Positions 18,670 to 27,497 of a DNA stretch of 64,000 nt are shown piece after piece. Source of the stretch: Gemmatimonadota bacterium. GTDB taxonomy: Bacteria; Gemmatimonadota; Gemmatimonadetes; Gemmatimonadales; GWC2-71-9. The DNA lies in contig JANMHX010000155.1 in NCBI GenBank assembly GCA_031375485.1, positions 8,491-72,490 of the forward strand. Direction: 5' to 3'. Both the position numbers and the translations under genes were made by a program. Within the stretch, counting starts at the first letter, position 1. The number at the start of each line of letters is the position of its first letter. Below the pieces are notes generated by a model. That model was not told the DNA's origin. It did not search any database and worked only from the letters and a program-made list of their open reading frames with translations.

Positions 18670-18723
18670 GCAACCTTTTCGCCGGTCGGGGCGTCTGAAA
18701 CCTATCCCTTCCAAATGGTCGTA
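18670..18723 (+). promoter_or_regulatory. Possible ECF-type promoter(s) for the ADOP gene at 18732
   Basis: GCAAC-N17-CGTC directly followed by TGAAAC-N18-CGTA. Confidence 0.35.
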
Positions 18724-18731
18724 CGACAAGG

Positions 18732-21230
18732 ATGCCCAACCTCTCCCTTGCCATCCGCACGCTCGTCAAGGCCCCGTTCGTCACCGTCGTCGCCGCCGGC
18801 TCACTGGCCCTCGGCATCGGGGCCAACACCGCGATCTTCTCGATGTTTCAACGGGTGCTGCTCCAGCCCCTGCCGGTGCCGGAGCCCGAGCGACTGGTCA
18901 ACCTGGCCGCCCCGGGTCCGAAGTGGGGATCGCAGTCGTGTGGCAACGCCGGGAGCTGCGAGGTCGTCCTGAGCTACCCGATGTTCCGCGACCTGGAACG
19001 GGGGCAACAGGTCCTCACGGGGCTCGCTGGACACCGGAACTTTGGGGCCAACATCGCCATTGGGGGTCAGGCGGCCCAATCCACGGCCGGCCTCTTGGTC
19101 TCGGGCTCGTACTTCCCGGTGCTCGAACTCAAGCCGGCGCTCGGACGGCTCTTCGGCCCGGCGGATGACCAAACACCGGGCGGACACTTCGCCGTCGTCC
19201 TGAGTCACGACTACTGGTCCAGCCGGCTTGGGGCGGATCCGGCCGTCCTGAATCAGACCATGACCATCAACGGCCAGGCCTTCACCATCATCGGAGTGGC
19301 GCCGCGCGGATTCAACGGGACCACCCTCGGGGCCCGGCCGGATGTGTTTGTCCCGCTCTCGATGCGCGCCCAAGTTTCCCCCGGATTCGAGGGCTTCGAG
19401 AACCGGAGGAGTTACTGGCTCTACGCGTTTGGCCGGCTCCGGCCCGGGGTCACCGTCGAGGTGGCGGAAGCCGGTCTGAACGGCATCTACCGTCCGGTCA
19501 TCACCGACGTCGAGGCGCCGCTGCAGGAGGGGATGCCCGCCGATGTGCTCACCCGGTTCCGGGCCAAGACGCTCGAGGTGACTCCCGGGCGGCGAGGCCA
19601 GAGCAACGCGGGGTCGGAAGCCGCGACGCCGATGATCCTGCTCTTTGTGGTGACCGGGATCGTGCTCCTGATTGCGGGTATCAACGTCGCGAATCTGCTC
19701 CTGGCCCGGGCCGCGGGGCGCGCCCGAGAAATGGCGGTCCGGTTGTCGCTCGGGGCGGGCCGGGGGCAGCTGATAGCGCAGCTCCTGACCGAATCGGTGC
19801 TCCTGGCCCTGGTGGCCGGGGTGCTCAGTCTGTTCGTGGCGCAGGCAACGCTCCGGGGCATCGTGTCGTTCTTGCCGCCGGAAGCGGCCTTGACGCTGGG
19901 CTTCTCGCTGAACGGGACGGCCCTCACGTTCGCGGCTTTACTCTCCCTTACCACCGGTGTGCTGTTCGGGTTGGCGCCGGCGCTCCAGAGCACCCGGCCG
20001 GAACTCATTTCCGTCATCAAGGCCGATGGCGTCCGGGCCGGCGGTACCCGCGGCGGAACCCGGTTCCGGACCGGCATGGTCACGGCCCAAATCGCCCTGT
20101 CGATGGCGTTGCTCTCCTCGGCGGCACTTTTTCTGCGGAGCCTCCTCAACGTGAGCCGGGTGGAGCTTGGCGTGACGATCGATCACTTGGTCACCTTTTC
20201 GATCGCACCCGAACTGAACGGCTATCAGCCGGGACGGACCCGAGCCCTGTTTCGCCGAGTCGAGGAAGAACTGGCGGCCATCCCCGGCGTGACCGGCGTG
20301 GCCGCGTCCATGGTTCCGATCCTGGCCGGCGACAACTGGAACAACGATGTGGCGGTCGAGGGATTCCCCCGCGACAACACCGAGAATAACTCCAGTCTCA
20401 ACTTCGTCGGCGTCGGGTACTTTGAGACCGTTGGGCTGCCGGTTCTGGCGGGCCGCGAGTTTACCGCGGCGGACGACGCCGGCGGTCCGAAGGTCGTCAT
20501 GGTCAACGAGGCCTTCGCCAAGAAATTCAAACTTGGCCGCGACGTCGTTGGGAAGCGGATGGCAATGAACAGCCGGGCCGCCAACCTCGACATCGAGATT
20601 GTCGGTCTCGTCAAGGACGCCAAATACAGCGACGTCAAGCGCGACATTCCGGCGCAGATCTTTCTCCCGTACCGGCAGGACACGACGCTCGGGTCGATGA
20701 ACTTCTACGTCCGTACCGGGGCGGCGTCGACGCCGGTGGTCCGGGCCATACCTGCGGTGATGGCCAAGCTCGACGGCAGTCTGCCGGTGTCGGGTCTCAA
20801 GACGGTGCCCGAGCAGGTGCGGGAGACCCTGTTTCTCGACCGGATGATCAGCGTCTTCTCGGCGGCCTTTGCCCTCTTGGCGACTCTGCTCGCGGCGGTG
20901 GGGCTGTACGGTGTCTTGGCGTACCTCGTCACCCAGCGGACCCGCGAGATCGGGGTTCGGATGGCGCTCGGTGCCGACGGGTCCCGGGTTCGCGGCATGG
21001 TGTTGCGGCAGGTCGGCCGGATGGCGGTGGTCGGCGGGGTCATTGGGGTGGCCGCGGCCATCGCCGTGGGGCAGGCGGCCAAGTCGTTGCTGTATGGGCT
21101 CGAGGGTCATGACCCGCTCGCCATTGCGGCCGCCGGGTTGGTGCTTGGCCTCGTCGCCTTTGCGGCCGGGTACCTGCCGGCGCTCCGGGCCTCCAGGGTC
21201 CATCCGATGGTGGCGCTCCGCAGCGAATAG
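18732..21230 (+). CDS. ADOP-family ABC-type permease
   Basis: LALGIGANTAIFS, LLIAGINVANLLLARA, QRTREIGVRMALGA and the end MVALRSE. Confidence 0.93.
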   Translation: MPNLSLAIRTLVKAPFVTVVAAGSLALGIGANTAIFSMFQRVLLQPLPVPEPERLVNLAAPGPKWGSQSCGNAGSCEVVLSYPMFRDLERGQQVLTGLAGHRNFGANIAIGGQAAQSTAGLLVSGSYFPVLELKPALGRLFGPADDQTPGGHFAVVLSHDYWSSRLGADPAVLNQTMTINGQAFTIIGVAPRGFNGTTLGARPDVFVPLSMRAQVSPGFEGFENRRSYWLYAFGRLRPGVTVEVAEAGLNGIYRPVITDVEAPLQEGMPADVLTRFRAKTLEVTPGRRGQSNAGSEAATPMILLFVVTGIVLLIAGINVANLLLARAAGRAREMAVRLSLGAGRGQLIAQLLTESVLLALVAGVLSLFVAQATLRGIVSFLPPEAALTLGFSLNGTALTFAALLSLTTGVLFGLAPALQSTRPELISVIKADGVRAGGTRGGTRFRTGMVTAQIALSMALLSSAALFLRSLLNVSRVELGVTIDHLVTFSIAPELNGYQPGRTRALFRRVEEELAAIPGVTGVAASMVPILAGDNWNNDVAVEGFPRDNTENNSSLNFVGVGYFETVGLPVLAGREFTAADDAGGPKVVMVNEAFAKKFKLGRDVVGKRMAMNSRAANLDIEIVGLVKDAKYSDVKRDIPAQIFLPYRQDTTLGSMNFYVRTGAASTPVVRAIPAVMAKLDGSLPVSGLKTVPEQVRETLFLDRMISVFSAAFALLATLLAAVGLYGVLAYLVTQRTREIGVRMALGADGSRVRGMVLRQVGRMAVVGGVIGVAAAIAVGQAAKSLLYGLEGHDPLAIAAAGLVLGLVAFAAGYLPALRASRVHPMVALRSE

Positions 21231-21785
21231 AACCCACCTCCTGGTCGGCGGGCCTATTCCGCGGTGGCGACGGCCGTGGCGCCGTTTTTCGACGTCGACA
21301 GCCCGGGCATGACGTCGCTGATCGAGTTCCTGGCGGCCCATCATACCGTGATCGACGGGACCTTCAACCTCTGGATCGGCGGCGGCGCATCGGTCGTGGG
21401 GGCCGGCGGCTCCACCAACCAGGCCAAGGCCGACTCGGCCTATCTCCGGTTGATCCGGAGGCTCTATGAGGCGGGCGTGCCGCTGGTGGCGGGCACCGAC
21501 AACTCACTCGGGACCACCTATCGACGGGAACTCGAGATGTATGAGCGGGCCGGCATTCCGACCCCGCGGGTCCTCCAGATCGCCACGATCGACGCCGCCC
21601 GGTTCATGAAGGACGACCGGGAGTACGGGAGCGTGGCGGTCGGCAAGGTGGCCGACCTGATCGTGGTCGACGGCAAGCCCGCGGAGCGGGTGGCTGACTT
21701 GGCCAAGGTCGAAACCGTGATTCGGGGCGGCCGGCTCTACCGGGTGAGCGATCTGACCCGGGCGGTGGGCCGAGCGGAGCCCTGA
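21231..21785 (+). pseudogene. C-terminal fragment of an amidohydrolase (imidazolonepropionase-like superfamily)
   Basis: GVPLVAGTD, ATIDAARFM..GSVAVGKVADLIVVDGKP. The N-terminal metal-binding HxH part is missing and there is no convincing start or RBS. Confidence 0.65.
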
Positions 21786-21791
21786 GTCGGC

Positions 21792-23036
21792 CTAACGGAG
21801 CGCGCCGTTCACCAACTGCCGGAAGGCGGTGTCGATCGGATACGCGCCAAACGGGTCGAGCTGCGTCAGCACCAACCCGATCACCTTGGTGACCGGATCG
21901 ATGAAGAAGTAGGTGTTGGCAATTCCGGCCCACGCCGCCGTTCCGTTGCTGCCTTGGAGCGGGTCCCGCCCGTTCACGATCACGTTGAAGCCAAGCCCGA
22001 ATCCGGTGCCTTCGAGCTTCCGGCCGACGACCGGCACCATCTCCCCGGCAAGTTGGTTCCGGAGCATCTCGGTGACCGTTCCCGTCTTGAGCACCCGGGC
22101 CCCGTCCAACTCACCCCGGTTGAGGATCATCTGGGCAAACCGGAGGTAGTCCGACGCCGACGATACGAGGCCCCCGCCGCCGGACAGGACTTTCGCCGGC
22201 CGGGTGTAGGTCCCACTGTCGGGTGAATCGACCAGACGGAGCTGCCCCGGCCCGGACCGGGAATAGTGGCCCGTGAGGCGGCTCCGTTTGTCCATCGGGA
22301 CCTCGAAAAACGAGTCCTTCATCTTGAGCGGCGCGAAGATCCGTTCGGCAAAGAACCGATCGAGCGGCAGACCCGAGACCACCTCGACGATCCGCCCCAG
22401 GACATCGGTGCTATAGCTGTAGTTCCACACCTCGCCGGGATGCCCGATCAGGGGTAGGTGCGCCAACTTGTCCGTCAGGTCGGCAAGATCGGTGGCCGGC
22501 GCCATTTGACGATAGAGCGAGTCGACCGGCGTCTGTCCGAAGATCCCATAGGTGAGGCCCGAGGTGTGGCGCAACAAATCCCGCACGGTCATCGGTCGCC
22601 GAGGCGTCACCAACCCGGTTCGGGTCCACACCTTCACGTCGGCGAAGGCGGGCAGGTACTTGGCCACCGGATCGTCCAACCCAATCTGACCCGCCTCGAC
22701 CAGGATCATCACGGCCGTACTGGTGATCGGTTTGGTCATCGAGTAGATCCGGAACAGATCGTTCGGTTCCATCGGATCCTTGGCCTCGAGACTCCGCATC
22801 CCGAACGCCTTCCAGTGGGCCAGCCGGCCGTCTTTGGCCACCGCGACGACGACCCCCGCGAGTTTGCCTTCGGTGACGTAGGCCTGCATGGCGGAGTCGA
22901 TCCGAGACAGCCCGGCAGGGGCAAACCCCATTTTCTCCGGGCGTCCGGTGGGAAGCCCCTGTGACTCGGCAACTCCCCCGATGGTCAGAGCGAAGAACAG
23001 GCACGGCACGCTAAACTGCCACTTTCGCATTGTCAT
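21792..23036 (-). CDS. Secreted serine hydrolase, beta-lactamase class C/EstB family
   Basis: Signal peptide, FRIYSMTK (SxxK), LLRHTSGL and WNYSYS. Start overlaps the stop of the E1 gene. Confidence 0.9.
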   Translation of the reverse strand: MTMRKWQFSVPCLFFALTIGGVAESQGLPTGRPEKMGFAPAGLSRIDSAMQAYVTEGKLAGVVVAVAKDGRLAHWKAFGMRSLEAKDPMEPNDLFRIYSMTKPITSTAVMILVEAGQIGLDDPVAKYLPAFADVKVWTRTGLVTPRRPMTVRDLLRHTSGLTYGIFGQTPVDSLYRQMAPATDLADLTDKLAHLPLIGHPGEVWNYSYSTDVLGRIVEVVSGLPLDRFFAERIFAPLKMKDSFFEVPMDKRSRLTGHYSRSGPGQLRLVDSPDSGTYTRPAKVLSGGGGLVSSASDYLRFAQMILNRGELDGARVLKTGTVTEMLRNQLAGEMVPVVGRKLEGTGFGLGFNVIVNGRDPLQGSNGTAAWAGIANTYFFIDPVTKVIGLVLTQLDPFGAYPIDTAFRQLVNGALR

Positions 23037-25081
23037 CAGAACTCCATCAACTCGGCCATCGTCGCGGCAATCGCGTCGACTTGGGGCAGGACCGCGTTCA
23101 TCAACGCCACGTTGTAGGGCGTCGGCACGTCGGGAATCGCCATCCGCTTGATCGGCGCGTCGAGCGAGAGGAACGCCTCATCCGCCAACGTGGCGCTGAT
23201 CTCGGCGCCGAAGCCGGCGGTGAGCGTGTCCTCATGAACGATCAGACACCGCCGGGTCTTCTTGACCGAGGCCAAGACCGCGGCCTTGTCCCACGGCGCG
23301 ATCGTGCGCAGATCGAGCACATGAACGGCCGAGCCGGTCTTCTTGGCGGCCGCCTCGCAGCGCTCGACCATGGCGCCCCAGGTCACGCAGGTGAGTTTAT
23401 CTCCTTCGAGGATGGTTCGGGCCTTCCCGAACGGGACGACGAACTGGTCGCCTGGATAGGGACGCCGGGCCCAGGTTCCGTCGAGCAGCGCCCGATGTTC
23501 GAAGAAGATCGTGGGATTGTTGCTCCGCATCGCGGTCCGGATCAGCCCGACCGCGTCCTCGGCGTTTGAGGGGATGACCACCTGCCACCCGACCGCATGG
23601 GCCCACGACACCTCGCCACAGACGCTGTGCCAGGGATCCCCGCACTTGGGCGCGTAGCCACCCGGCATCCGGACCACGATCGGGGCGGCCCACCGGTTGT
23701 TGGTCCGCCACCGGATCGTGCCGCAATTGTTGAGCTGCTCGGTGGCCGGGTCGGCGTATTTCCGGAACTGAATCTCGGCGATCGGCATCAGACCCGCGAG
23801 CGCCATGCCCACCGCCCGCCCAATGATGCCTTCTTCCGACAGGCTGGTGTCGAACACCCGCTTGTCGCCGAAGGCATCCTGGAGACCTAACGTGGCGGCG
23901 TGGACGCCTCCCTTGGGCCCGACGTCCTCGCCGAACAACAGGGCCTTCGGATTGGTCCGCAGCTCGGCGTCGAGCGCCCGGCGGACGGCGGTCAGCATGT
24001 TGATCCGCGGACCATCGGGCACCGGGATCTCGCTCGAGGCCGGGAAGACATGTCCCGCCGGCGCCAGGCCGCCGCGGGCCGCGACCGCGTCATCGAACCG
24101 GTGCTTGGTCACGTTCGCGAGGCTCGGTTCGGGCCGGGCCAGCGCCGCCGCCAGGCCGGCTTCGACCTCGGTCCGGGCCGAGGCTTCGACGGCGGTGAGT
24201 TCAGCCTCGGAGAGAATGCCCGCGGCCAGGAAGGTCCGAAGCTTGGGGAGCGGATCGTTGCCCCGCTCGCGCTCCACCAACTCGGCGGGCTTGTACGCTT
24301 GGGTATCCTGACCCGAGTGACCGGAGAGGCGGGGGACGGTGAGGCGGACCATCGCCGCCCCGTGGCCCGCCCGAACGTAAGCCACCGCCTCGGCAAAGAG
24401 CCGCGACGCTTCGGCCGGGTCGGTGCCATCGCCTTGGGAGAGCCGGAGGTTCTTGAAGGAGGCCAAGTTGTCGACGATGTTGGCGCCGGGCGTCTGGAGA
24501 TAGGACGGCACCGAAATGCCGTAGCCGTTGTCTTCGATGTAGAACAACATCGGGAGTTTGAGCGTGGTCGCCATGGTGAGCGAGGCCCAGAAACCGTTGG
24601 TGGCGACGCTGGCATCGCCGCCGAGCACGCAGCCGATGGCGCCCTCATAGCTCGCGTCGCCCAATACATCCCGGTGATAGGTGATGGCCTGGGCCCACCC
24701 GGCACAGGGAGTGTACTGCGAGCCGACATCGCCGGACATCGGGAGCACCACCGGCCCCGGCGTGCTCGGCAAGTTGCAGACGACGCCGATGTCCCGGCCG
24801 TCGCTGAAACCGCCGGACTTGCCCATCGGCCCGGCAAAGGCGTCCGGGATCGACAAGCCTAACGTCAGCAACAGCGGCCGGGAGCGGTAGTAGGCGCTCG
24901 CCGCGTCGTGGGGATGGGTCAGGTATTGCCCCAGGATCACTTGGGGCACATCATGGCCGCGGGCCGTGAACTGATAGGCCACTTTCTTCTCGGGCACCAA
25001 CCGCGTCTCTTCGATGTCGTCGAGCAACCGGGACACGTGGGAGAGGTGGTAGACCCGCTTCCAATCAATGGACTGCGTCAT
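23036..25081 (-). CDS. Fused 2-oxoacid dehydrogenase E1 alpha/beta
   Basis: TPP motif GDAS..IEDNGYGIS, RLSGHS; beta half GEDVG, FDTSLSEEGIIG, EIQF and DLRTIAPWD. Confidence 0.9.
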   Translation of the reverse strand: MTQSIDWKRVYHLSHVSRLLDDIEETRLVPEKKVAYQFTARGHDVPQVILGQYLTHPHDAASAYYRSRPLLLTLGLSIPDAFAGPMGKSGGFSDGRDIGVVCNLPSTPGPVVLPMSGDVGSQYTPCAGWAQAITYHRDVLGDASYEGAIGCVLGGDASVATNGFWASLTMATTLKLPMLFYIEDNGYGISVPSYLQTPGANIVDNLASFKNLRLSQGDGTDPAEASRLFAEAVAYVRAGHGAAMVRLTVPRLSGHSGQDTQAYKPAELVERERGNDPLPKLRTFLAAGILSEAELTAVEASARTEVEAGLAAALARPEPSLANVTKHRFDDAVAARGGLAPAGHVFPASSEIPVPDGPRINMLTAVRRALDAELRTNPKALLFGEDVGPKGGVHAATLGLQDAFGDKRVFDTSLSEEGIIGRAVGMALAGLMPIAEIQFRKYADPATEQLNNCGTIRWRTNNRWAAPIVVRMPGGYAPKCGDPWHSVCGEVSWAHAVGWQVVIPSNAEDAVGLIRTAMRSNNPTIFFEHRALLDGTWARRPYPGDQFVVPFGKARTILEGDKLTCVTWGAMVERCEAAAKKTGSAVHVLDLRTIAPWDKAAVLASVKKTRRCLIVHEDTLTAGFGAEISATLADEAFLSLDAPIKRMAIPDVPTPYNVALMNAVLPQVDAIAATMAELMEF

Positions 25082-25091
25082 AGGATAGCCG

Positions 25092-25523
25092 TCAAATCTG
25101 ATGGGGCTTCTCGGTCCGGTAGGCGGTGCCTCGAAAGAGGCCCACGACCGTGCCGTCGGCCTTGGTCACGTGGACGTGATAGTAAAGGATTCGGTTACTG
25201 CGGGCCGATTCGGTGGCGGTGGCCGTCACCACTTCGCCCGGCCGGATCGCCGCCGGATAGGTCATGCCGTTTTCGATGCTGACCGCCAGATTGCCCTGGG
25301 TGTTGCAGGCAAACGCAAACGCGGTGTCCGCGAAGCCGAACGAGACGCCGCCGTGGCAGACCCCGAAGCCGTTGCACATCTCGGGGCGAATCGTCATCCG
25401 GACCACCGCCCGGCCCGGGGCGATCTCGAGGACCTCAACGCCGAGCCACCGGCTATAGGCGTCGTCGCGGAGCATCCCGGCCACCACCCGCTCGGCCCGC
25501 TGTTGGGGATCGATCTCGGTCAT
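25092..25523 (-). CDS. paaI: Hydroxyphenylacetyl-CoA thioesterase PaaI
   Basis: Start moved to MTEIDPQQ (ATGA overlap). Hotdog motif NGFGVCHGGVSFGFADTAFAFACN. Confidence 0.9.
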   Translation of the reverse strand: MTEIDPQQRAERVVAGMLRDDAYSRWLGVEVLEIAPGRAVVRMTIRPEMCNGFGVCHGGVSFGFADTAFAFACNTQGNLAVSIENGMTYPAAIRPGEVVTATATESARSNRILYYHVHVTKADGTVVGLFRGTAYRTEKPHQI

Positions 25524-26695
25524 GAGTAAAAGCTCCGGCCATCGTGAACCATCCGGCGGAGCAGTGGGCTCGCCCGGTAGCGGTCTTCGCCATACTGGCG
25601 GTACAACTGGTCGAGCCGCTCCAGGATCTCGGCCGGGCCGATCTCGTCGGCCCATTGGAGCAGCCCCTTCGGATAGTTGACACCCTTCGTCATCGCGAGA
25701 TCGAGATCGTCGCGGGTGGCCACTCGCCAGAACAGGGCGTCGGCCGCAGCGTTGATCAGCACCGCCAAGATCCGGGGGAACACGGCGACGGCGAGATCGC
25801 GGTCCTTGGTCGGCTCGGGATTGACGGCGCCGGGCCGGTAGTCGAAATGCCCGCGTCCGGTCTTTCGGCCGAACAACCCGCCGTCCACCAACCGGCGCTG
25901 GCTCAAGAACGGGCGGTACCGCGGATCGTATCCGAACGCTTCGAACACCGATTGCGAGACCGCGTAGTTGATGTCATTGCCGATCAAATCCATCAACTCG
26001 AAGGGCCCCATCTTGAAGCCCCCGGCGTCGCGCATGGCCCAGTCGATCGTGGCCTTGTCCGCGAGCCCCTCTTCGAAAATCCGGAGTGCCTCGCTGTAGA
26101 ACGGCCGGGCCACTCGGTTGACGATGAAGCCCGGGGTGTCGGAGGCGATTACGGTGGTCTTGCCCCAGGCGTCGAGCAGCGCCCGCGATGCGCTCGTGAT
26201 CCCCGGATCGGTGAGCACACCCGGCACGATTTCGACCAACGGGAGCACCGGCGCCGGGTTGAAGAAGTGGATCCCGATGACCCGCTCCGGCCGGGTGCAG
26301 GCCGAGGCAATGGCGGTGACCGACAGCGACGAGGTGTTGGTGGCGAGGACGGCCTCCGGCCCAACCACGCCGTCCAGTCCCTTGAAGGTGGCCTGCTTGA
26401 TCGGGAGGTCTTCGAGGATCGCTTCGATGACCAGATCGGCGTCGGCCAGCGCGGAAAAATCCCCGGCGGCCGGGGTCAGATACGAGATCCGCCCCAACAT
26501 CTGCTCGGCGGCGGGAGCGGTGAGGCGGCCCTTTTCGACCTCGCGGGCCATCGTCTTCGCATGGCCCGCTCGGGCCCGCTCCACTGCCCCGGCAAACGGA
26601 TCGGCCAGGATGACCGGGTGGCCGGCGGCCGCGGCAACCTGGGCGATCCCGCTCCCCATGGTGCCGGCGCCAAGGACGGCGACGCTAGCGGCCAT
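25520..26695 (-). CDS. paaH: 3-hydroxyadipyl-CoA dehydrogenase PaaH
   Basis: Start moved to MAASVAVLGAGTMG. Has TNTSSLS, HFFNPAP, PGFIVNR and MGPFELMDLIG. Confidence 0.88.
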   Translation of the reverse strand: MAASVAVLGAGTMGSGIAQVAAAAGHPVILADPFAGAVERARAGHAKTMAREVEKGRLTAPAAEQMLGRISYLTPAAGDFSALADADLVIEAILEDLPIKQATFKGLDGVVGPEAVLATNTSSLSVTAIASACTRPERVIGIHFFNPAPVLPLVEIVPGVLTDPGITSASRALLDAWGKTTVIASDTPGFIVNRVARPFYSEALRIFEEGLADKATIDWAMRDAGGFKMGPFELMDLIGNDINYAVSQSVFEAFGYDPRYRPFLSQRRLVDGGLFGRKTGRGHFDYRPGAVNPEPTKDRDLAVAVFPRILAVLINAAADALFWRVATRDDLDLAMTKGVNYPKGLLQWADEIGPAEILERLDQLYRQYGEDRYRASPLLRRMVHDGRSFYS

Positions 26696-27461
26696 GGAAA
26701 TTCGGTTTCCGCTTTTCCTTGAAGGCGCCAATGCCCTCGGCGTGATCATGGCTCTTCCCGGCAATCGACTGGAATTCGCCTTCCATGACCAGCTGCTGCT
26801 CGAAGCTGTTGGTGGCCGAGGCGTTGATGAGCCGCTTGGTCAGGCCCAGGGCCAGCGTGGGCATGGCGGCCAAGCGGGCGGCCAAAGCCCAGGCTTCCGA
26901 TTCCAGCGAGGCGAGCGGCACGGCTTTGAGAATCATGCCCCACTCGGCAGCTTGTTTGGCCGCGATCTTCTCCCCGAGCATCAGGGCCGCGGTGGCCCGG
27001 GCCCTTCCAACCAGGTGTGGAAGCATCCACGACCCGCCGGTATCGGGAACCAACCCGATATTGATGAACGCCTGGATGAAGGACGCCTCCTCGGCGGCCA
27101 GCACGAAATCGCAGGCCAAGGCAAGGTTGGCTCCCGCCCCGGCCGCCACCCCGTTCACGGCGGCCACCACCGGCACCTCGAGATGCCGGATGGCCAACGC
27201 CACCCGATTCCAGGTGTCGTCGAGGTGTTTGGCCAAGTCACTGGAGATATTGGCGCCGGTGATGTCCTGGCCGGCACAAAAACCCCTGCCGGCGCCCGTG
27301 AGGTAGACCGCCCGGACGGTCCGGTCGGCCTTGATCTCGGCCAGAACGGCCACCAACCGCTCGAACATGGCGTCATTGAAACTGTTGAGGACTTCTGGCC
27401 GGTTCAGGGTGACCCTGGCCACCCCGTCCTGCCGTTCGAATCGGACCGTCGCCTCGCTCAT
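26685..27461 (-). CDS. paaG: Enoyl-CoA hydratase/isomerase, PaaG-type
   Basis: Start moved to MSEATVRFE. Has GRGFCAGQD, NGVAAGAGANLALACD and GLVPDTGG (catalytic Asp of PaaG). Confidence 0.85.
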   Translation of the reverse strand: MSEATVRFERQDGVARVTLNRPEVLNSFNDAMFERLVAVLAEIKADRTVRAVYLTGAGRGFCAGQDITGANISSDLAKHLDDTWNRVALAIRHLEVPVVAAVNGVAAGAGANLALACDFVLAAEEASFIQAFINIGLVPDTGGSWMLPHLVGRARATAALMLGEKIAAKQAAEWGMILKAVPLASLESEAWALAARLAAMPTLALGLTKRLINASATNSFEQQLVMEGEFQSIAGKSHDHAEGIGAFKEKRKPNFHGR

Positions 27462-27497
27462 CGCACCCCCGTAGAGAGGCGTGTAAATTAGCACACT
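27462..27497. promoter_or_regulatory. 36-bp divergent promoter region paaG/paaJ
   Basis: TAAATT (+) sits 8 nt before the paaJ ATG and overlaps TGcTAATTT (-), within the near-palindrome gtgtaaattagcacac. Confidence 0.5.

Noticed and set aside
21228-21230. Pyrrolysine or recoded TAG
   Set aside because: ALRSE-stop is the canonical ADOP end, many genes here end in TAG normally, and no pyl genes are present in the window.
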